Below, piece by piece: positions 59,382 through 64,000 of a stretch of 64,000 nucleotides of DNA. This stretch comes from Candidatus Spongiisociaceae bacterium (lineage in GTDB: Bacteria; Actinomycetota; Acidimicrobiia; Spongiisociales; Spongiisociaceae). Position 1 is the first letter of the stretch. Each line of letters opens with the position of its first letter. The translations under genes and the position numbers were made by a program. Where the stretch lies: NCBI GenBank assembly GCA_965219685.1, contig CBDCOH010000002.1, forward strand, positions 4,192,001 through 4,256,000, in the 5' to 3' direction. The notes beneath the pieces are model-generated. The model saw nothing but the letters and a program-made list of their open reading frames with translations, made no database searches and was not told the origin of the DNA.

Positions 59382-59798
59382 ATGGGGATCTTCAAGCCGT
59401 CGAAGCTGGCCCACGCCCACTGCGACTTGTTCTGTGGCGTGTACGACCCGGCCCAGGCCCGGATCGAAGCCGAGTCGGTCTTGCAGGCCGCCAAGAAGTA
59501 CCACGGCAGCGACGACGAGGTCTTCCGGTCCCGGTGCATCGCCGTCAAGGAATCGCAGGCCGAGTTGGTCAAGCATCACCTGTCGGTGCTCTGGACCGAC
59601 TTCTTCAAGCCCCACCACCTGGAGAGGTTCCCGGAGTTGCACGGCATGTTCTGGAACGCCATCAAGGCGGCGGGGGATGCCAAGAAGTCGACAGACCCGG
59701 CCGCAGCTGAGGATCTGATCGCGCAGATCGATGGCATAGCCGACGTGTTCTGGCAGACGGACGAGTCCGCCAACGTAGGTCTCTACCCGCCTTCCTGA
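59382..59798 (+). CDS. sodN: Nickel superoxide dismutase precursor
   Basis: AAGGAG RBS; 12-aa leader ending AHA; Ni-hook HCDLFCGVYDPA; KHHL.VLWTDFFK. Confidence 0.93.
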   Translation: MGIFKPSKLAHAHCDLFCGVYDPAQARIEAESVLQAAKKYHGSDDEVFRSRCIAVKESQAELVKHHLSVLWTDFFKPHHLERFPELHGMFWNAIKAAGDAKKSTDPAAAEDLIAQIDGIADVFWQTDESANVGLYPPS

Positions 59799-59844
59799 AC
59801 ACCGGGGGGTAGCAGTTCGGGAGCCGGCTGGCGAGCGGCGGTCT

Positions 59845-60606
59845 CTACTCGCCGACCAGATCCCGGCGCCTCAGTAGGGTTCCGGTCAGCATCACCGAGA
59901 TCAACGCCATGGCTGCCACCTTGGCGGCGGCCCCTCCCGCTCCGACCGTCACCCGGCCGAGTACCTGATCCACCGAGTCGTACGTGTCGGGTGTCACGGC
60001 CGCGAAGTCGGCCCAGGCGGACAGGACCGTGCGGTAGATGGAGGATGCCTGGATCCCCTCGATGATGCTGGCGAGGATCCCCTCCCATAGGAACAGGTAG
60101 CCGAGCCCGACCAGTGTCGCCCGGTTCAGCACCAGCCCGAGCGGCACGAACAGGGCAGCCGAGGCGAGGCTCTGGACGGCGACACCGGCGGTGGTGGCGA
60201 TCCCGAGGGACCAGTCGCCGCTCATGAGCGCGGCTACCAGCCAGGTGGTGAGCACGCCCGCCTCCAGGATGACGAAGGACGAGATGGCGGCGGCGATAAG
60301 CGCGCCGAGTGCGATGACCGGGCGTGACACCGGCTTCATGAGCAGGAAGGGAAGGGTTCGGGCTTTTCGCTCCTCGCCCAGCGCCGCGGTGGACACCACG
60401 AGGGCGGCCACGGGGTAGAGGGTGCCCATTCCCAGGGTGAAGGTGACGTTGTGGTACATCTCGGCTGCGAAGTCCTCCGAACGGCTCAGGGACACGAGGA
60501 AGATCAGCGGAGCCGGCGAGGCCGTGAGCAGGAACATGACGATCGACCGCCGGAGTCTCATCAGTCGGCCGGCTATCGAGCCCACGATCAGGAACAGGGC
60601 CTTCAT
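59845..60606 (-). CDS. ABC-2 type transporter permease
   Basis: Six TM segments; EE...TL..L.KP.SR motif; ATGA overlap. Confidence 0.8.
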   Translation of the reverse strand: MKALFLIVGSIAGRLMRLRRSIVMFLLTASPAPLIFLVSLSRSEDFAAEMYHNVTFTLGMGTLYPVAALVVSTAALGEERKARTLPFLLMKPVSRPVIALGALIAAAISSFVILEAGVLTTWLVAALMSGDWSLGIATTAGVAVQSLASAALFVPLGLVLNRATLVGLGYLFLWEGILASIIEGIQASSIYRTVLSAWADFAAVTPDTYDSVDQVLGRVTVGAGGAAAKVAAMALISVMLTGTLLRRRDLVGE

Positions 60607-61559
60607 CCCAGGTCCACCAGGTAGCGGAAGACGCTGTCCAGCGACTCGTCCTCGGGGGATACCTTGGTGATCCGGGCGCCGGCTTCGCGAGCGGCCATCG
60701 CGATGTCCTCGCCGAGAGCGCGGGCGTCGCCGGTCCTGATCTCGACCCCGGCTGCGTCGACCCGGACCGCCTCCACCCACTCGCCGGCGAGCAGCCTACG
60801 CGCCAGCGGTCTCGGCCGGTCGGTGTCGATCCGGATCCGGCGGGGCTTGTCGGACATGGCGTCGCGCAGCGCCGCCACCGTTCCCGCCGCCGCCACGCGG
60901 CCGTCCACCATCGCCACCACCCTGCCCGCCATGCGCTCCACCTCGGCCAGGACGTGGGACGAGACGATGATCGTGCGGCCCTCCTGTCCGAGGCTCACGA
61001 GCAACTCGATCAGGCGGGCGCGCTGGATCGGATCGGTGCCGTTCAGGGGCTCGTCGAGCAGCAGCACCTCCGGGTCGTGGACCAGCGCGGCCGCCACCTT
61101 GGCCCGCTGCCTCATGCCCTTGGAGTAGGTCGACAGCCGCCGGTCGGCGTCCCTGGTCAGATGCACTGTCTCCAGTGCATGTCGAGCGGCCGCCGGCGCC
61201 CTGTCGGCCTTCGACATGGCCGCGCTCCACTCGACGAAACGCCGGGCGGTCATGTGCCCGTACACGGCTTCGTCCTCCGGCACGAACCCCAACTGCCTGT
61301 AGACGCCGTGCTTCTTCCTCGGCGGGAGTCCGAGGATGGTCGCCTTACCCGACGACGGTGCCAGCAGGCCGGCGAGGACCCGCAAGAGGGTGGTCTTCCC
61401 GGCCCCGTTCGGTCCCAGCAGGCCGGTGACGCCCGGTCCGAAGGAGCAGTCCACCTCCGACACGGCCACCTTCGCTCCGAACCATTTCGACAGGCGGCTC
61501 GCCACCACGGTGGCCTCCTCCACGTGGAGGGCGTCGGTCGTCCCGCCGCGGGCGGTCAC
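60603..61559 (-). CDS. ABC transporter ATP-binding protein
   Basis: GPNGAGKT, YSKGMRQR and LDEP motifs; GTGA overlap. Confidence 0.9.
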   Translation of the reverse strand: MTARGGTTDALHVEEATVVASRLSKWFGAKVAVSEVDCSFGPGVTGLLGPNGAGKTTLLRVLAGLLAPSSGKATILGLPPRKKHGVYRQLGFVPEDEAVYGHMTARRFVEWSAAMSKADRAPAAARHALETVHLTRDADRRLSTYSKGMRQRAKVAAALVHDPEVLLLDEPLNGTDPIQRARLIELLVSLGQEGRTIIVSSHVLAEVERMAGRVVAMVDGRVAAAGTVAALRDAMSDKPRRIRIDTDRPRPLARRLLAGEWVEAVRVDAAGVEIRTGDARALGEDIAMAAREAGARITKVSPEDESLDSVFRYLVDLG

Positions 61560-62479
61560 GTCAGCCTGCGGTAGCGCCAACCGACCAGGGCCATGCTGAG
61601 CACGGCGAGGCCGACCACCACGGCCAGGGACACGCCCGGGCCGAACCCGGCCTGGGCGGGTATCCACTCGGCTGACTCGTGGACCCCGAAGATCCAGTCC
61701 CGTATGTACCGGGGGTGCTGCTCGGTGGCCAGCAGGCTCGCCCAGCGGGTCCCGGGCGCGTCCTCGACGGCTTCCTGCATGAACAGCGCCACCAGGTTGA
61801 GTCCCAGCGATCCGGCCAGGAAGGCTGCGGCGGCGCCCCCCACCCGGTTGACGAAGGCGGCTGTCAGGAAGCTGAGGGAGGCGTGCAGCACGAAGTAGCC
61901 GAGCGCCGCCAGCGGGACCTGCCAGAGGATGTCGGTGGTCCGGCCGAGGTAGGAGAGGAAGCCTTCTTTGGAGAGGGCGGCCATCCCGAGGTGGAGGAGG
62001 AGTTGGGGGACCAGCCAGAAGCTGAGGATCACGGCGGCGTAGGCGAGCGCCTTGCCCAGGAGGTAGTCGCGGATGGCCAGCGGTCGTGAGAAGTAGACGT
62101 TGAGAACCCCGTCGGCCCGGTCGGGTATGAGCAGTTGCGCGCCCGCGTACGCGGCGAACAGCAGTGCCACCACGGAAATGAAGTCGAAGTACCCGCGGTA
62201 GCGGGGGACGAGATCGTCTGGACCCTCGGAGACGGGTATCTGGGACGTGGCCCACGAGATGGCCACCAGGACCACCACCGACGCCAGCGCCAGGACGATC
62301 AGAGCCCAGGGGAGCAGTTTGCGCTTCGCCTTGCGACGCAGCCCGATGACCCTGCGGAACCCCTCCCTCACGATGGCCCGGATGGCTCCGCGCCGACCCG
62401 TACGGGCCCCTTCGTAATGCCGGTAGCCGCGGTCGACGATGATCGCTTCGTCGCGAGCCTCGGCGCGGGGTTCAGCCAT
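61556..62479 (-). CDS. ABC-2 type transporter permease
   Basis: DR.DG.L.VYFSRPL...YL.GK motif; multiple TM segments. Confidence 0.8.
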   Translation of the reverse strand: MAEPRAEARDEAIIVDRGYRHYEGARTGRRGAIRAIVREGFRRVIGLRRKAKRKLLPWALIVLALASVVVLVAISWATSQIPVSEGPDDLVPRYRGYFDFISVVALLFAAYAGAQLLIPDRADGVLNVYFSRPLAIRDYLLGKALAYAAVILSFWLVPQLLLHLGMAALSKEGFLSYLGRTTDILWQVPLAALGYFVLHASLSFLTAAFVNRVGGAAAAFLAGSLGLNLVALFMQEAVEDAPGTRWASLLATEQHPRYIRDWIFGVHESAEWIPAQAGFGPGVSLAVVVGLAVLSMALVGWRYRRLT

Positions 62480-63413
62480 TCGCTTTCCTCGCCGCAGCAA
62501 GCAGGACATCTTCCAGGCGGCTCAGGCTGGTCCCCAGCCTCCGCACCGATGACCCGGACGACTCAAGACCGTCGCGCAACAGTTCGAAGGCGTCCTCCGA
62601 CGGGCTGGTGACGGTCACCACCGCACCCTCCAGCGTGACGTCGATGCCCCGGTGCGAGAGGGTGTCGACGAGCGGTCCGGGGTCGCCGAACACCTCCACG
62701 GACACCCGGTCCCCCTCGCCGGGAGGGTCGAGGGGCGCCGAGTGGATCATCTGTCCCACATCGAGCATCACCACCCAGTCGCAGGTCCGCTCGATGTCGT
62801 CGAGGATGTGGGACGAGAACAGCACGTTCATGCCGAAGCGGCGGAAGCGCCCTATCAACTCCAGCATCTGGTCCCGCCCGGCGGGGTCGAGCCCGGAAGC
62901 AGGCTCGTCGAGGAGGACCAGGTCCGGATCGTGGACAATGCTCTGGGCCAACTTCACACGCTGCTGCATCCCGGTCGAGAAGTCCCCGAGATAGCGGAAG
63001 CGCTCCTCGTGCAGTCCGACCAGGAAGAGTGTCTCCGACGCCCTCCGGCGGGCTTCGACCGGGGGGATACCCGCCAGTTCCGCGGCATACGCGACGAAAT
63101 CGGCGGCGGTCTGGTCGAGCGGGAGGCACCTGCCCTCGGGCATGTAGCCGATCCGCGCCCGCAGTCCGGCTGGATCGTCCTCCACAGCCTTACCGAATAC
63201 CGAGACCTCGCCGTACGTGGGCCTGATCAGGCCGAGTACCAGCCTGATGAGGGTGGTCTTGCCGGCCCCGTTGGCGCCTATCAGGCCCGTGACGCCGGGG
63301 GGGACATCCAGGTCGACCTCCTCGAGCGCCCGGATGTTCCCGTAGTGCTTGTACAGCCCGCGTGCCTCGATGATGGGCGCGTCGGCCTCCGGCAGCTTCG
63401 GTTGCCCGGTCAC
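62472..63413 (-). CDS. ABC transporter ATP-binding protein
   Basis: GANGAGKT, FSTGMQQR and LDEP motifs. Start approximate. Confidence 0.9.
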   Translation of the reverse strand: MTGQPKLPEADAPIIEARGLYKHYGNIRALEEVDLDVPPGVTGLIGANGAGKTTLIRLVLGLIRPTYGEVSVFGKAVEDDPAGLRARIGYMPEGRCLPLDQTAADFVAYAAELAGIPPVEARRRASETLFLVGLHEERFRYLGDFSTGMQQRVKLAQSIVHDPDLVLLDEPASGLDPAGRDQMLELIGRFRRFGMNVLFSSHILDDIERTCDWVVMLDVGQMIHSAPLDPPGEGDRVSVEVFGDPGPLVDTLSHRGIDVTLEGAVVTVTSPSEDAFELLRDGLESSGSSVRRLGTSLSRLEDVLLAAARKANG

Positions 63414-63754
63414 TGTCGGGTGGGTCCGGCGACCGCGCCTGGGTTCATCACGAAGTTCCTTTCGGGAGCAGTTCAAGTTGTTCGGGCCGTGACCGTCGGA
63501 TGAGCGGCGCGGGCATGAGCCTCACTGTTCATCGGATCGAGCGACTCGTCAATGGGGGATCACCCTCGCGAAACCCTGAGCCTCAAGGAACTTCGGGAGA
63601 CTTCCCCGGAGATGACCTTATCGTACCGACGCTGCTACCCGGACAGGCTCGCGATCGAGGCGGTTCGAGGTGTCGAACCAAAGGGATCCGGTGCCCCGGT
63701 AACCGGTCAGCAGGACCTACCGCTCCTGCTTTGTGGCGGGCATTCGCACCGGTA

Positions 63755-63979
63755 TCATCTCCCGTCCGTCTGTTTGGACGACCGGTCTGCGATCCACGCG
63801 CGAACCCGCGTCAGTACGTCCTTGGCCCATCTGAACTCGGTGGACCACAGGAGCAGGCCGGCCACGAGGAATACCGTGCCGGGAAGGACGGGCAGGGCGA
63901 AACCAGCCAAGCCGAGGAGGACGAGCAACCCTCCGGCGATAGCCACGAATGCCCTTCGGACGTTTCTCTGAACGTTCAT
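63755..63979 (-). CDS. Small membrane protein (PGPGW-like family)
   Basis: GG.LVLLG....VLPG....AGL..W.TEF.WA pattern. Confidence 0.65.
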   Translation of the reverse strand: MNVQRNVRRAFVAIAGGLLVLLGLAGFALPVLPGTVFLVAGLLLWSTEFRWAKDVLTRVRAWIADRSSKQTDGR

Positions 63980-64000
63980 CGCTTCTTACGGCGCTCCCTA

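Overview
High-GC actinobacterial DNA. The gene content resembles Acidimicrobiia, possibly host- or sponge-associated; this is inference only. Positions 1-41.6 kb form a genomic island ending at a 3'-half tRNA-Leu (att-like) fragment. The island holds eight large secreted surface proteins built from shared modules (Fn3, cadherin, Calx-beta, SLH, PD40, RCC1) carrying different payloads (arylsulfotransferase, PQQ dehydrogenase, CAP, HExxH peptidase), plus IS and integrase remnants. Three signals stand out. (1) Eight copies of one regulatory element, with four phased 11-bp-spaced half-sites resembling a KdpE box, a -35/N17/-10 promoter and a conserved ~180-nt leader, sit mostly in front of these genes and surround a soluble, fully fused GAF-PAS-HK-REC-wHTH (KdpD/KdpE-like) regulator. 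This is a candidate undescribed surface-protein regulon. (2) An IS110 element has a left end whose bridge-RNA guides match both its own donor junction and its target, an IS3-family terminal inverted repeat. (3) An AhpD-like selenoprotein (CxxU plus SECIS) is split in the ORF track. The right 22 kb is mostly core: metal ABC transporter with a Fur-family-like operator, korAB, amidase, DUF3048, sodX/sodN and an ABC exporter. All calls come from motif reading by eye; no searches were run.
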